64,000 nucleotides of DNA from an uncultured Alphaproteobacteria bacterium (GCA_902574475.1 CACGNZ010000005.1:2466-66465); one strand, 5' to 3'. Positions 19,368 through 30,438 are shown, counted from the first letter of the stretch. Numbers and translations: made by a program. The notes: a model not told the origin generated them from the letters alone.

Positions 19368-20791
19368 TGTCTAAATCATCTTTGAAACAAACATTACAAG
19401 ATCTCGAGTCAAAAAAAATATCAATACGAGAATTAAATCAGGATTATTTAAAAAGAATTAAGGAAAAAGAAAATTTAAATGTCTTTATTCATTTTAGTGA
19501 AGATAATATTTTAAAGCAGATTGATAATTTAGAGAAAGATAATTCAACAAAAAAATTAAAAGGCATTCCTATTGCAATAAAGGATCTATTTTGTACTAAA
19601 AGTATGCCTACAACCGCAGCTTCAAAGATTTTACAAAATTTTAACCCAACTTATGAATCATTTGTTACGCAAAAATTATTAGATGAAGGATCTATTTTTA
19701 TTGGTAAGACAAATCTAGACGAGTTTGCTATGGGATCCGCTACTAATACAAGTTTTTTTGGAAATACAATAAATCCTTTATCAAAAGAGAATGAGCCCTT
19801 AGCTCCTGGAGGATCTTCTGGAGGTTCTGCGGCGGCAGTCGCTGCAGATTTATGTTTAGGTGCCACAGGAACAGATACAGGTGGATCAATAAGGCAGCCA
19901 GCTAGCTTTTGTGGTGTTGTAGGTATTAAGCCAACATATGGCTTATGTTCACGTTGGGGTATAGCTGCATTCGCATCGAGTTTAGATCAAGCAGGAATTT
20001 TTTCTCATAATGTTGAAGATGCATCAATATTATTACAATCAATTGCTGGATTTGATCAAAGAGATAGTACAAGCGCTAAAGTAGATATCCCAAATTATTT
20101 TGAAAATTTAGACGATGACCTAAATGGAAAAACTGTTGGTATACCAAAAGAGTATTCTATTGATGGTACACCAATGGAAATTAGTCAGATATGGGAAGAT
20201 GCTATCAAAGTTTTAGAAAAAAAAGGTGTTGAAGTTAAAAATATTTCACTGCCTCATACTAAATATGCACTTCCTACTTATTACATAATCGCTCCTGCTG
20301 AAGCTTCCTCAAACTTAGCTCGATATGATGGAGTAAAATATGGTTTTAGATCTGATGAAATTGATTCTCTGGATGCAATGTATGAAAATACAAGAGCTCA
20401 AGGTTTTGGAAGAGAAGTAAAAAGAAGAATTTTAATAGGAACATATGTTTTATCTGCTGGATATTATGATGCATATTATCTTAAAGCACAAAAAGTCAGA
20501 AAATTAATTGCAGATGATTTTAATAAAGCTTTTAAAGAATGTGATTTTATAGTTACTCCTACTGCACCAAGTGCTGCATTTCCCTTAAATGAAAAACAGA
20601 GTGATCCTATCAAAATGTATTTAAATGATGTGTTTACGGTACCTGCTTCTTTAGCGGGCCTACCAGGTATTTCAATTCCTTTTGGAAAAGATAAAAATAA
20701 TTTACCACTAGGTATTCAAATTTTAGGAAAACACTTTGACGAACAACAAGTTTTTAATGTTGCCCTATCTCTAGAAAGATCATATGAATAA
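19367..20791 (+). CDS. gatA: Asp/Glu-tRNA amidotransferase subunit A
   Basis: GGSSGGS, GTDTGGSIRQP, SSNLARYDG. Confidence 0.97.
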   Translation: MSKSSLKQTLQDLESKKISIRELNQDYLKRIKEKENLNVFIHFSEDNILKQIDNLEKDNSTKKLKGIPIAIKDLFCTKSMPTTAASKILQNFNPTYESFVTQKLLDEGSIFIGKTNLDEFAMGSATNTSFFGNTINPLSKENEPLAPGGSSGGSAAAVAADLCLGATGTDTGGSIRQPASFCGVVGIKPTYGLCSRWGIAAFASSLDQAGIFSHNVEDASILLQSIAGFDQRDSTSAKVDIPNYFENLDDDLNGKTVGIPKEYSIDGTPMEISQIWEDAIKVLEKKGVEVKNISLPHTKYALPTYYIIAPAEASSNLARYDGVKYGFRSDEIDSLDAMYENTRAQGFGREVKRRILIGTYVLSAGYYDAYYLKAQKVRKLIADDFNKAFKECDFIVTPTAPSAAFPLNEKQSDPIKMYLNDVFTVPASLAGLPGISIPFGKDKNNLPLGIQILGKHFDEQQVFNVALSLERSYE

Positions 20792-22259
20792 TTTAATAAA
20801 AGGTGAAAAGCATGATTGGGAAATGGTCATAGGTCTTGAAATACATGCTCAGGTAAAATCAAACTCTAAATTATTTTCTTCATCGTCTACAAAATTCGGC
20901 TCATCACCAAATAGCCAAGTATCTTTAGTTGATGCTGCTATGCCAGGAATGTTGCCAGTAATTAATAAGTATTGTGTAGAACAGGCAGTAAGAACTGGAG
21001 TTGGTTTAAATGCTAAAATAAATAATTATTCAGTATTCGATAGAAAAAATTACTTTTATGCTGATCTCCCACAAGGATATCAAATTAGCCAGTATAAATA
21101 TCCAGTCGTTGGTGAAGGAAAGGTTACAATTGATTTTAAAGATGGAACATCAAAGGATATTAGAATTGTAAGATTACATTTAGAACAAGATGCAGGTAAA
21201 AGTTTACATGATCAAAATCCATCAAAAACATATGTAGATCTAAATAGATCTGGTGTTGCTTTAATGGAAATTGTTAGTGAGCCTGACATTAGAACACCTG
21301 ACGAAGCTGGAATGTATATATCCAAAATCAGATCAATTTTAATGTATTTAGATACATGTGATGGCAATATGCAAGAGGGCTCTTTAAGAGCTGATGTAAA
21401 TATTTCAGTAAGAAAACCTGGTGATGAATATGGTACTCGTTGTGAAATTAAAAACTTAAACTCTATAAAGTTTATTAAACAGGCTATTAATTATGAAGCA
21501 AAACGACAAATAGAAATATTGGAGTCTGGTGGTTCTATAGAGCAAAATACCATGCTTTTTAATACATCTACAGGTAAAACTAGACCAATGAGAAATAAAG
21601 AAGAAGCACATGATTATAGATATTTTCCTGATCCAGATTTGCTACCACTAGAAATTTCTCAAGAAGAAATAGAAGAAATTAAATCATCAATTCCAGAACT
21701 ACCAGATGAGTTAAAAAATAAATTTATTAAGATTTATAAATTATCTAACTATGATGCCTCAGTTTTAACTGCAGACAAACAAACTTCTGATTATTTTAAT
21801 AAATCGATTAATTCAGATCCAGAATTAAAAAATCATGCAAAAATCATTGTGAATTGGATTACATCTGAATTATTTTCTTTATTAAATAAAAATAATTTTG
21901 AACTTATAAACTCTCCAGTACCACCAGAAAATTTAGGACAACTTGTTAAGTTGATTTGTACAAATGAAATTTCCGGTAAAATTGCTAAAGAAGTATTGGA
22001 AGATATGTTTTCTACAAAAAAATCTGCTAGAGAAATTGTTGATAAGAAAGGATTAAAACAAGTAACAGATCAGGGAGAAATAGAAAAAGTAATAGATGAG
22101 GTCATTGCAGATAACCAAAAAATGGTCGAACAATATCTTGATGGCAAAGATAAGTTACTTGGATTTTTTGTTGGTCAAGCAATGAAATTAACTAAAGGTA
22201 AGGCTAATCCAAAAATATTAAATGATATTTTAAAAGAAAAATTAAATAAAAAAGATTAA
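20784..22259 (+). CDS. gatB: Asp/Glu-tRNA amidotransferase subunit B
   Basis: IGLEIHAQ, RKNYFYADLP, DYRYFPDPDL. Confidence 0.97.
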   Translation: MNNLIKGEKHDWEMVIGLEIHAQVKSNSKLFSSSSTKFGSSPNSQVSLVDAAMPGMLPVINKYCVEQAVRTGVGLNAKINNYSVFDRKNYFYADLPQGYQISQYKYPVVGEGKVTIDFKDGTSKDIRIVRLHLEQDAGKSLHDQNPSKTYVDLNRSGVALMEIVSEPDIRTPDEAGMYISKIRSILMYLDTCDGNMQEGSLRADVNISVRKPGDEYGTRCEIKNLNSIKFIKQAINYEAKRQIEILESGGSIEQNTMLFNTSTGKTRPMRNKEEAHDYRYFPDPDLLPLEISQEEIEEIKSSIPELPDELKNKFIKIYKLSNYDASVLTADKQTSDYFNKSINSDPELKNHAKIIVNWITSELFSLLNKNNFELINSPVPPENLGQLVKLICTNEISGKIAKEVLEDMFSTKKSAREIVDKKGLKQVTDQGEIEKVIDEVIADNQKMVEQYLDGKDKLLGFFVGQAMKLTKGKANPKILNDILKEKLNKKD

Positions 22260-22571
22260 GCGTAAAGAATAGCATCGATAAGCAACAATTATAAAAGTTA
22301 AAACTATCCAAATAATATTTCCATTATAATTTTCTGCCGATCTCCAAATTCCTATTGAAATAAAAATTGTCCATAAAAAAATAATAATTTTAGAAAATAA
22401 GGTCAGATTATTAAAGTTAAGAAAGGGTATTTGAGTTAATAAGTTACTTGAATTGAAAAAATATATTTCTAAATTGAAAAGTATGAGTAATACAATTCCA
22501 TTAAGCAACTCACCAATTAGCCAGTATGATTTCCAAAGCTTAATATTTCCATTAAAAAAATCTTTTATCAT
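22242..22571 (-). CDS. Small membrane protein, hypothetical
   Basis: ATG start, hydrophobic segments, LWKSYW and GIWRSA motifs. Confidence 0.7.
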   Translation of the reverse strand: MIKDFFNGNIKLWKSYWLIGELLNGIVLLILFNLEIYFFNSSNLLTQIPFLNFNNLTLFSKIIIFLWTIFISIGIWRSAENYNGNIIWIVLTFIIVAYRCYSLRLIFFI

Positions 22572-22624
22572 TTAACAATCATCTATTTTTTTATTTGCAA
22601 CTAAAGTCAACACCATTAAATTAA

Positions 22625-23224
22625 TTATCTTATATTTAATGTTTTATAGCCACGACAATACTTAGATAAACGTGTTCTTTGAAATGGAAAATTATTAAGT
22701 AATTCATCTATTGATTTAAAAATACTCGTTTTTATTTCGACTGATATTATATCATCTTTATGATAAATATTTGATGAACTAGCATAATTTAAATATTCAA
22801 TATTATAATCTATTGTTATTCTTTCTTCTAAAACTTTATAATATTCTCTATTATAACGCACTGTTAATTTTGGAAAACATTTCCCATACTGTAAGTCTGT
22901 ATAGCCTACAGATTTGATTTCATTAAAAACTTGCGGTTCTATTCTTGTAAAATTTTTGTATCTTCCTTCAATTGAAGATATTTTGATCTCTAAATTAAAT
23001 TTTTGTTTATCTATTATTGGATAACTTCTTACTCTTATTTTTTTTCTAGGTGAGCAACCCTCCTCAGAATCTGCGTACATTTGTGACTTATAGTTATCAA
23101 AATATAAACTCTCAATCTTTCTTTGTGGAAAGATAGATATCGCACCTTGCATTTTCATCCATGCCTTAAAATCATCAATTTGATTTCTATTAATTAGTAA
23201 TTTTTCTTCAATTCTAAATGTCAT
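22625..23224 (-). CDS. VTC (polyphosphate polymerase-like, CYTH fold) domain protein
   Basis: RIEEK, SLYFD, RKKIRVRSY, YNREY, RITID, EIK, SKY. Confidence 0.85.
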   Translation of the reverse strand: MTFRIEEKLLINRNQIDDFKAWMKMQGAISIFPQRKIESLYFDNYKSQMYADSEEGCSPRKKIRVRSYPIIDKQKFNLEIKISSIEGRYKNFTRIEPQVFNEIKSVGYTDLQYGKCFPKLTVRYNREYYKVLEERITIDYNIEYLNYASSSNIYHKDDIISVEIKTSIFKSIDELLNNFPFQRTRLSKYCRGYKTLNIR

Positions 23225-25634
23225 TTAAATTTTTAATATGTATTTTTGAACCATCATCAGAAGAATAAATTTTAGAAGTAGAATTTAATTTCTTACACTC
23301 TAAGTTTTGAATTTCAATAAATCCTCCAGAAAATTCTTGTTTTTTTGAAAAAGCTTCTGCACATATATCTGAATTAATGATCTTAGCCTTATTAACATTT
23401 ACAGAACTAAAATCTTTAGATGCTATTCCCATATTAGATTTATTTATTAATATATTGTCAATATAGACATTAGAATTTTCCCCAACTGAAACACCTTTAT
23501 CTCCACATTCAAATATATCTACTTTTTCAATTCTATATTTGCCATATGAAAAATCTATGCAATCATTTTTAGAATTTTTAATATTAATATCATTAATATT
23601 TATATTTGAAAAATCAGCATCTAATGCATCACCTAAAGTATTAATTATTTCTATTGAATTTAAACTTCCATTACTTCTAACAAAGTTAAGTGAATCCTCA
23701 CATGCAGCATTTTCTACAGAGATATTTAAGTTTTTAAATTTAATATCAAAGAAGTTTAAACATCCTGTTAAACCATTTGAGTCTCTTGGGAAAATATTCT
23801 CTTTAGAATTATTTATTGAAAAATCATGAAATTTAATATTCCAATTATTCAAATTACCGCCCTGAAACATAAGTTTATCATAAAGATTATATTTATTGAT
23901 TATTATATTTTTATTTAACAAATCAATTTCTAAATCCATATTTCCAAAAGAAATCAATTTGGTTTTTTGGTTTATTTTGGTAATTTTTTTATCGTCATTA
24001 GTAAAAATTATATTTTTAAAAGATTTATCAATATATTTTTTTTCTTTCATCTGATTAAGATTACCCATAAAGATTAAATCATTACCATAACTATCTTTTA
24101 ACTCCTGCTCTATAGATTTAGTTTTATCTTTTAAACCTAACTTTATAAATTTACATTTATTCATATTTAAATCACAAATTTGATATTTGTTTTTTTTATA
24201 ATCACCAAAAAGATATTTAATCTTTAAATCTTGAATTGAATCTTTTAATTGAATTATCTTATTACCGGCAAATGGTTCTGATTTATTAAATCTATCTATT
24301 GGAATTTTTTGAAGTGTTAATAAATTTGATTTAATATTATCAATAACTTTTCTAAGGACTTCTTTACTTATATATAATCCTCTTTCATCTAATTTATTAT
24401 ATACTTTATTAAAATCTAAGTTATCTATTAATTGTAAAGCCTCTTTTGAACCTTTTCTTGCAGATAAGGGAATAATATAATCTTTATGATTTTCATGACC
24501 CCAACTAAAGTAAATATATTCTTTTATATTTATTAAATTGGATCTTTTAATAAGTTTATTTTTTTCATCTATGAGTACTTTTTCAGTTGGTGTAAAGCCA
24601 TCATAATAAATTGGATAGAAAATATTTGAGACGGGATCATAATAAAATCTTCTATTCCCAATAGATAAACTATGAGGAAAACCAATCCCCCAGACTAAAG
24701 CATCATATACTGGAAATAATTTAAAAGAGTTTGATAAAAAAGAATTATTTAAACTTGTATGGTAATCTATTACGTTTGTATTCTTATCACTGTAAAAATG
24801 ATTAGCAAAATTTAAAATTTCCAAACCTCTAGACGCTACGTGAAAATTATAATTATTTAATTCAGCCCATTTTCCATTTGTCATTCTATGCTTGATTAAT
24901 CCAGCAGTTATTATATCTGGATATTTAAAAATAAATCTTTCATCTCCCTCATATATAGGACCTTCTATAAGAGCATTATTTTCTAAAAATTCCTTAACAA
25001 TTTTTTCTTGAAATATTAATCTTGTTAATTCATTATTATATAAAACATTTACATAAGTTGATCTTGGGGCAAGAATTTTCATTTCTTCTAAAATTGTAGT
25101 TGTCAATATTTCATTTCCGTTATTTCTAGTTTCTGGTCTTAATAAAAGAAACTTTGTTATTCCAAAAATATGACCTTCTTTCAAACGAACATTTAAACTT
25201 GGCAAATCATATATAAATCTATTTCCTTTTCTAAAACTAACATGATGATCCGTTAAGTCTCCATGAGGCCTAACTATGGCTTTAAGCTTACATTCAATAT
25301 TAGTATTAGTTTTTAGAATTAAGATTGCATCTATGCTGTTTTCGTTGAGATAAGATCCATTTTTTTCTCTTGAGATTTGATTTTCTAATAATAATTTTTT
25401 CCATTTTCTTTGGTCAGGAATATCTAATTTTAAATCAAAATTTTTAAAATTATTAGGATTAAGTTCTTTGCCTACGCTATATGGAAGGGTATTACAATTC
25501 TTAATATTTAAATCTGATTTTATATAATTAGGACTTTGTTGGCTTATATTAAATAAAATAATTATACATAAGAATAAAAATAAAGAGGCAATTATCTTAG
25601 ATATATTTTTATAATATAGTAGTTTTTTTATCAT
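23214..25634 (-). CDS. Membrane-anchored CotH-kinase-like protein with C-terminal parallel beta-helix
   Basis: N-terminal TM; HSLSIGNRRFYYDP..FYPIYYDG; repeats DALDADFS / DCIDFSYG / DKGVSVGE. Confidence 0.65.
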   Translation of the reverse strand: MIKKLLYYKNISKIIASLFLFLCIIILFNISQQSPNYIKSDLNIKNCNTLPYSVGKELNPNNFKNFDLKLDIPDQRKWKKLLLENQISREKNGSYLNENSIDAILILKTNTNIECKLKAIVRPHGDLTDHHVSFRKGNRFIYDLPSLNVRLKEGHIFGITKFLLLRPETRNNGNEILTTTILEEMKILAPRSTYVNVLYNNELTRLIFQEKIVKEFLENNALIEGPIYEGDERFIFKYPDIITAGLIKHRMTNGKWAELNNYNFHVASRGLEILNFANHFYSDKNTNVIDYHTSLNNSFLSNSFKLFPVYDALVWGIGFPHSLSIGNRRFYYDPVSNIFYPIYYDGFTPTEKVLIDEKNKLIKRSNLINIKEYIYFSWGHENHKDYIIPLSARKGSKEALQLIDNLDFNKVYNKLDERGLYISKEVLRKVIDNIKSNLLTLQKIPIDRFNKSEPFAGNKIIQLKDSIQDLKIKYLFGDYKKNKYQICDLNMNKCKFIKLGLKDKTKSIEQELKDSYGNDLIFMGNLNQMKEKKYIDKSFKNIIFTNDDKKITKINQKTKLISFGNMDLEIDLLNKNIIINKYNLYDKLMFQGGNLNNWNIKFHDFSINNSKENIFPRDSNGLTGCLNFFDIKFKNLNISVENAACEDSLNFVRSNGSLNSIEIINTLGDALDADFSNININDINIKNSKNDCIDFSYGKYRIEKVDIFECGDKGVSVGENSNVYIDNILINKSNMGIASKDFSSVNVNKAKIINSDICAEAFSKKQEFSGGFIEIQNLECKKLNSTSKIYSSDDGSKIHIKNLNDI

Positions 25635-26290
25635 CAATCTTCAAAAGAACTCCTATAAGAAATAAGTGAACCGGAATCTCTAAAATGCTCAATAAAATTT
25701 TGGGCTTCGTATCTATCTTCAAATAAAAGATCGTATTCACTAATGTCTGTTTCTTTTGAGTAAAAAGAATTTGAAAGATTATTATTTTTTTCTATTTCAG
25801 TATTAATCCCTTTAGTCTTTATGTTTAACATATTTTTGGAAGATCCTTCTGTAAAAGAAGGTTGATAAAGAGATAATCCTAAATTTTTGAATAATTTTTG
25901 AAAAATAAATATACCAACAACAACAATAAAAGCTAAAATTATAAGTAATAAAGAATATTTAATATTTACACTCGCAGATATTCCCAAAGTTATAAGAGCA
26001 AAAAAAATTGTTAGCTCAAATGGACTCCTCACAGGGTGACGAAATCTTACTATTGATAAAGCCCCGATCATACCAAGAGATAAGGCAATATTGTTGGCAA
26101 TTACTGTAGTTATTACAAAGGCTATACATGGTAAAAGCATATATGTTGCTAGATGATGATATGTGTTTGCCCAATATTGACCGCAGTAAACCAAGCTAAA
26201 TCTTAGGAATAAACCGCAAACAGCTAAAAATAAGAGTATCGTAATTTGAGATGGAATTAACTCTATAAATTGCATAAGACTATATAACAT
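25634..26290 (-). CDS. DUF4956 family membrane protein
   Basis: NIALSLGMIGALSIVRFRHPV signature. Confidence 0.85.
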   Translation of the reverse strand: MLYSLMQFIELIPSQITILLFLAVCGLFLRFSLVYCGQYWANTYHHLATYMLLPCIAFVITTVIANNIALSLGMIGALSIVRFRHPVRSPFELTIFFALITLGISASVNIKYSLLLIILAFIVVVGIFIFQKLFKNLGLSLYQPSFTEGSSKNMLNIKTKGINTEIEKNNNLSNSFYSKETDISEYDLLFEDRYEAQNFIEHFRDSGSLISYRSSFED

Positions 26291-26393
26291 TTATAGCATT
26301 TTTATATAGAATTAAAATTGACCTTTGATATTTGATAGAATAACTATGTAAAAGAAACTATGTTTATGAGAAAAGAATGACGAAACTTGAACA

Positions 26394-26485
26394 GGAGAGA
26401 TGGGTGAGTGGCTTAAACCACAGGTTTGCTAAACCTGCGAAGGAAGTAATTCCTTCCGAGGGTTCGAATCCCTCTCTCTCCGCCA
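26394..26485 (+). tRNA. tRNA-Ser(GCT)
   Basis: GGAGAGA/TCTCTCC acceptor stem, CAGGT-TTGCTAA-ACCTG anticodon arm, long variable arm, GGTTCGAATCC, encoded CCA. Confidence 0.97.
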
Positions 26486-26492
26486 CATAAAA

Positions 26493-27365
26493 ATGTTTAA
26501 AGGTAGCATACCAGCAGTTATAACACCATTTTTAGGTGATAAAGTTGACTATGATTCTCTTACTAAAGTATTAACTCACTTAATAGATAATGGATCTCAC
26601 GGACTTGTTCCATGCGGAACTACTGGTGAATCACCAACCTTATCGCATGATGAACATAAAAAAATAATTGAAGAAACAATAAAAATATCTGATAAGAGAG
26701 TTCCTGTTATAGCTGGAACTGGTTCAAATAATACCCTAGAAGCAATAGAGTATACTAATCATGCCGAAAATTCAGGTGCAGATGCTGCTTTAATTGTAAC
26801 ACCGTATTATAATAAACCAACTCAATCTGGCTTATATGAACATTTTAAAATAATTGCAGAAAAAACGAATATTCCAATTATTATTTATAACATACCAGGT
26901 AGATCAATTGTTGATATGACCATTGAAACTATGATCGAATTGTCAAAAATTAAAAATATAATTGGAGTTAAAGATGCTACCAATGACTTATTTAGACCAT
27001 TACTTACTAGAAAAAAAATGCAAAATAAATTTTGTTATCTCTCTGGAGAAGACGGAACAGCATTAGCATATTTAGCACAAGGTGGACATGGCTGTATCTC
27101 AGTTACTGCAAATGTTGCTCCAAAATTATGTTCTGAAATGCATTCCGCATGGCAAGCATCAGATATTTCTAAGGCTCAAGAAATTAATCTTAAGTTATCA
27201 TCATTACATAATGCTTTATTTGCAGAATCTAGTCCCGGTCCAGTTAAATATGCAGCTTCATTATTAGGTTTATGTAATAAAGATACCAGACTACCATTAT
27301 CAGAAATTAAAGATAATACAAAAAAACTTGTAAAGAATTGTCTTCAAGAATTACAACTTTTGTAA
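26493..27365 (+). CDS. dapA: 4-hydroxy-tetrahydrodipicolinate synthase
   Basis: GTTGESPTL, TPYYNKP, YNIPGR, GVKDA. Confidence 0.97.
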   Translation: MFKGSIPAVITPFLGDKVDYDSLTKVLTHLIDNGSHGLVPCGTTGESPTLSHDEHKKIIEETIKISDKRVPVIAGTGSNNTLEAIEYTNHAENSGADAALIVTPYYNKPTQSGLYEHFKIIAEKTNIPIIIYNIPGRSIVDMTIETMIELSKIKNIIGVKDATNDLFRPLLTRKKMQNKFCYLSGEDGTALAYLAQGGHGCISVTANVAPKLCSEMHSAWQASDISKAQEINLKLSSLHNALFAESSPGPVKYAASLLGLCNKDTRLPLSEIKDNTKKLVKNCLQELQLL

Positions 27366-27812
27366 ATGAAAATTATTGCTGCCAACAATAGAGCTAATTA
27401 TAATTTTACAATATCAAATAAAATAGAAGCTGGTATTGTTTTAACTGGATCTGAAGTCAAATCTTTACGAATAAATACTGGTTCTATTAGGGGCTCGTAT
27501 ATTACAGAGCAAAATGGCGAACTATGGCTCTCTAATTCTTTTATAAAAAAATATCAAAATTCATCTGACAATAATTATGATCCAAATAGAGATAGAAAAT
27601 TACTAATTAAAAAAAGAGAATTTGACAAAATATCGGGATCTATTAAACAAGGAGGATTTACAATAATACCAATATCTTTATATTTCTCAGATAAAGGTCT
27701 AGCAAAACTATCTTGTGGAATTGCTAAAGGTAAGAAAAAAATTGATAAAAGAGAGTCAATAAAACAAAGGGATTGGAATATTAAAAAGCTAAGATTACTT
27801 AAAAATAATTAA
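27366..27812 (+). CDS. smpB: SsrA-binding protein
   Basis: [31 protein letters not shown]. Confidence 0.96.
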   Translation: MKIIAANNRANYNFTISNKIEAGIVLTGSEVKSLRINTGSIRGSYITEQNGELWLSNSFIKKYQNSSDNNYDPNRDRKLLIKKREFDKISGSIKQGGFTIIPISLYFSDKGLAKLSCGIAKGKKKIDKRESIKQRDWNIKKLRLLKNN

Positions 27813-27815
27813 CTA

Positions 27816-27843
27816 TTTACTTTTAAAAATTGATCACTATAAG
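27816..27843 (+). promoter_or_regulatory. Putative leaderless promoter of rpoZ
   Basis: TTTACT-N16-TATAAG, 6 nt before the ATG, no SD sequence. Confidence 0.45.
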
Positions 27844-27849
27844 CCTCAT

Positions 27850-28269
27850 ATGGCAAGAATTACAGTTGAAGATTGTATTGATAAATTTCCAAGTAGGTTT
27901 GAATTGGTTTTAGTTGCTTCAAATAGAGCAAGAAAATTACATTCAGGTGAAAACCCAACTGTTGAAATTGATAATGACAAAAACACTGTTATCGCTCTAA
28001 GAGAGATAGCAGATGAAACTTTAACTATTGACCAATTAAAAAATGATTTAATTGAGGAATATCAAACTAATACCTTTAATGAGGATGATGATATAAATGA
28101 AATAGAGGATAATAGTGGCGAGAGTCAATCAGAAGAAGAGAAGTTAGGGGTTGATGAAATACTACAAGATGAAGAAAATATTAATCAAACTGCTGAAGAA
28201 AAACATATCGATACTTCAAAAGATAATTTAGAAAATTTATCAGATGAAGATAAAATTCAGGATTTATAA
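27850..28269 (+). CDS. rpoZ: RNA polymerase omega subunit with acidic tail
   Basis: [27 protein letters not shown]. Confidence 0.97.
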   Translation: MARITVEDCIDKFPSRFELVLVASNRARKLHSGENPTVEIDNDKNTVIALREIADETLTIDQLKNDLIEEYQTNTFNEDDDINEIEDNSGESQSEEEKLGVDEILQDEENINQTAEEKHIDTSKDNLENLSDEDKIQDL

Positions 28270-28312
28270 TAAAGTTAAATTATAATTTAAGTAAATAATT
28301 TAAAAATTATTT

Positions 28313-30436
28313 ATGGCTAAAGAAATTCAAAAAGAAATAGAGTTAATTACTTCTTATCTTTCTTCTAAAGAGAAAGATATGGTAAGACACGCACTTAAAT
28401 TAAGTGAACAAGCTCATAGTAATCAACTTAGAAAATCAGGTGATCCATTTATAACCCATCCATTGGAAGTTGCAAAAATTTTGACTTCCATCAAATTAGA
28501 TGCCGACTCTATAGTTGCCGGTCTACTTCATGACACTTTGGAAGATACAAATTTAAATATACAAGAAATTGATAAATATTTTGGAAATCAAATAGTCGAG
28601 CTTGTTGATGGTTTAACAAAAATAAATAAATATTCATTAAAGGTTAATAATCAAAAATTTGGAGAAAATTATAAAAAATTAATTTTAGCTACAACAAAAG
28701 ATTTGAGAGTAATTTTAGTTAAATTAGCTGACAGATTACATAATATGAGAACTATTAAATTCATTAAAGAAGAAAATAAAAAAACTAAAATAGCTTTAGA
28801 AACATTAGAAGTTTTTGCACCTTTAGCTCAACGATTAGGAATGAAGGAATGGCAAGATGAGTTAGAAGATATTTCATTTGAAGTAATAAATCCTGATGCA
28901 AAAAAAACAATTATAGAAAGACTGGAATATTTAAAATCAAAGGATGATAATATAGTTGATGAAATTAGATATGAATTAAAAAAAATATTTTTCCAAGAGG
29001 ACTTATTCTGTAAAGTGGAAGGGAGAATAAAATCTCCATATTCAATATGGAATAAAATTAAAAATAAAAATATTTCTTTTGAGCAACTTTCAGATATTAT
29101 GGCTTTTAGAGTTATTACTAATTCAACAAGAGAATGTTATAGATGCTTAGGCATAATTCATAGACAATTTCCATATATTCAAGGAAGGTTTAAGGATTTT
29201 ATTTCAGCACCTAAATCAAATGGATATAGAGCTTTACATACATCAGTAATGGGACCTAAAAATAAAAAAATTGAAATACAATTTCGTTCAAACATAATGG
29301 ATCAAATTGCTGACTTTGGTGTTGCATCTCATTGGAAATATAAAGATCCCAAAAAAATAAAAGAAAAAGATGCAAAAGAATATAAGTGGGTCTATGATTT
29401 AGTAGATTCAATGAATTCTTCAGTCTCTCAAGACGAATTAATACAAAATTCTAAATTAAAAGTTTTTCAGAATGATATTTTTGTTTTTACTCCAAAAGGA
29501 GATCTTATAGAGTTACCCAAAAATGCTACTCCTGTAGACTTCGCTTATGCTATTCATAGTCAAATTGGAGATAAATGTGTAGCTGCAAAAATTAATGACA
29601 AATTACAACCATTAAAAACGGTTTTAAAAAATGGTGATCAAATAGAGATCATTACCTCAGAAACTTCACAGCCATCTCCTTTATGGCAAAGATTTGCGGT
29701 AACAACAAAAGTTAAAACTCAGCTAAGAAGATTTTTTAGATTTAAGAAAAAAGAAGAGCATATTATATTTGGCAGAGAAATTTTAATAAATTATTTTCAA
29801 AAAGAAAATTATGAATTTAATAAAAAAATTGAACAAAAAATACTTGATGTTTTTAATTATAAATCAATTAATGATTTATATGCTTCAATTGGATCAGGAG
29901 AAATTACAGCACTTTCTGTTATAAAAAAAATTTATCCTGAGTATAATTATATTCCAGTTTCTAAATTCAATGAAAATACTCAAAATCCAATAAAGTTAAA
30001 AGGTTTAACTGCTGGAATGTCTTATCATTTAGCCGGCTGTTGCTCTCCTTTAAAAGGAGACAGTATAGTAGGGATAGTAACTGCGGGAATAGGTGTTGCA
30101 GTTCATACACTTGATTGTGACACCCTTACTTCTTACCAAGATGCACCTGATAGATGGTTAAATATTTCATGGGATAATCAAAATAATTTAGACACGGTAT
30201 CTAATGCAAGAATTGTTGTGGTATTATTTAACAAACCTGGAAGCCTTGGGAAGGTCACAACAGTTATTGCAAAAAATAACGGAAATATTTCAAATATTCT
30301 TTTTTCAGTTAGGAAATCCGATTTTTTTGAAATTATTATAGATATTGAGGTTAGAGATGCTAATCATTTACAAAATATTATTGCAGCATTAAGAATGGAA
30401 AAAGAGGTATCTTCATTAGAAAGATTAAAAGGTTAA
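28313..30436 (+). CDS. spoT: Bifunctional (p)ppGpp synthetase/hydrolase (Rel/SpoT)
   Basis: LLHDTLED, KLADRLHNMRT, RFKD, TGS domain (VDFAYAIH), ACT domain. Confidence 0.95.
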   Translation: MAKEIQKEIELITSYLSSKEKDMVRHALKLSEQAHSNQLRKSGDPFITHPLEVAKILTSIKLDADSIVAGLLHDTLEDTNLNIQEIDKYFGNQIVELVDGLTKINKYSLKVNNQKFGENYKKLILATTKDLRVILVKLADRLHNMRTIKFIKEENKKTKIALETLEVFAPLAQRLGMKEWQDELEDISFEVINPDAKKTIIERLEYLKSKDDNIVDEIRYELKKIFFQEDLFCKVEGRIKSPYSIWNKIKNKNISFEQLSDIMAFRVITNSTRECYRCLGIIHRQFPYIQGRFKDFISAPKSNGYRALHTSVMGPKNKKIEIQFRSNIMDQIADFGVASHWKYKDPKKIKEKDAKEYKWVYDLVDSMNSSVSQDELIQNSKLKVFQNDIFVFTPKGDLIELPKNATPVDFAYAIHSQIGDKCVAAKINDKLQPLKTVLKNGDQIEIITSETSQPSPLWQRFAVTTKVKTQLRRFFRFKKKEEHIIFGREILINYFQKENYEFNKKIEQKILDVFNYKSINDLYASIGSGEITALSVIKKIYPEYNYIPVSKFNENTQNPIKLKGLTAGMSYHLAGCCSPLKGDSIVGIVTAGIGVAVHTLDCDTLTSYQDAPDRWLNISWDNQNNLDTVSNARIVVVLFNKPGSLGKVTTVIAKNNGNISNILFSVRKSDFFEIIIDIEVRDANHLQNIIAALRMEKEVSSLERLKG

Positions 30437-30438
30437 AT

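Noticed and set aside
22571-26485. tRNA-Ser-anchored integrative island
   Set aside because: No integrase, and no duplicated tRNA end seen at 22571-22625; the cluster lies 5' of the tRNA.
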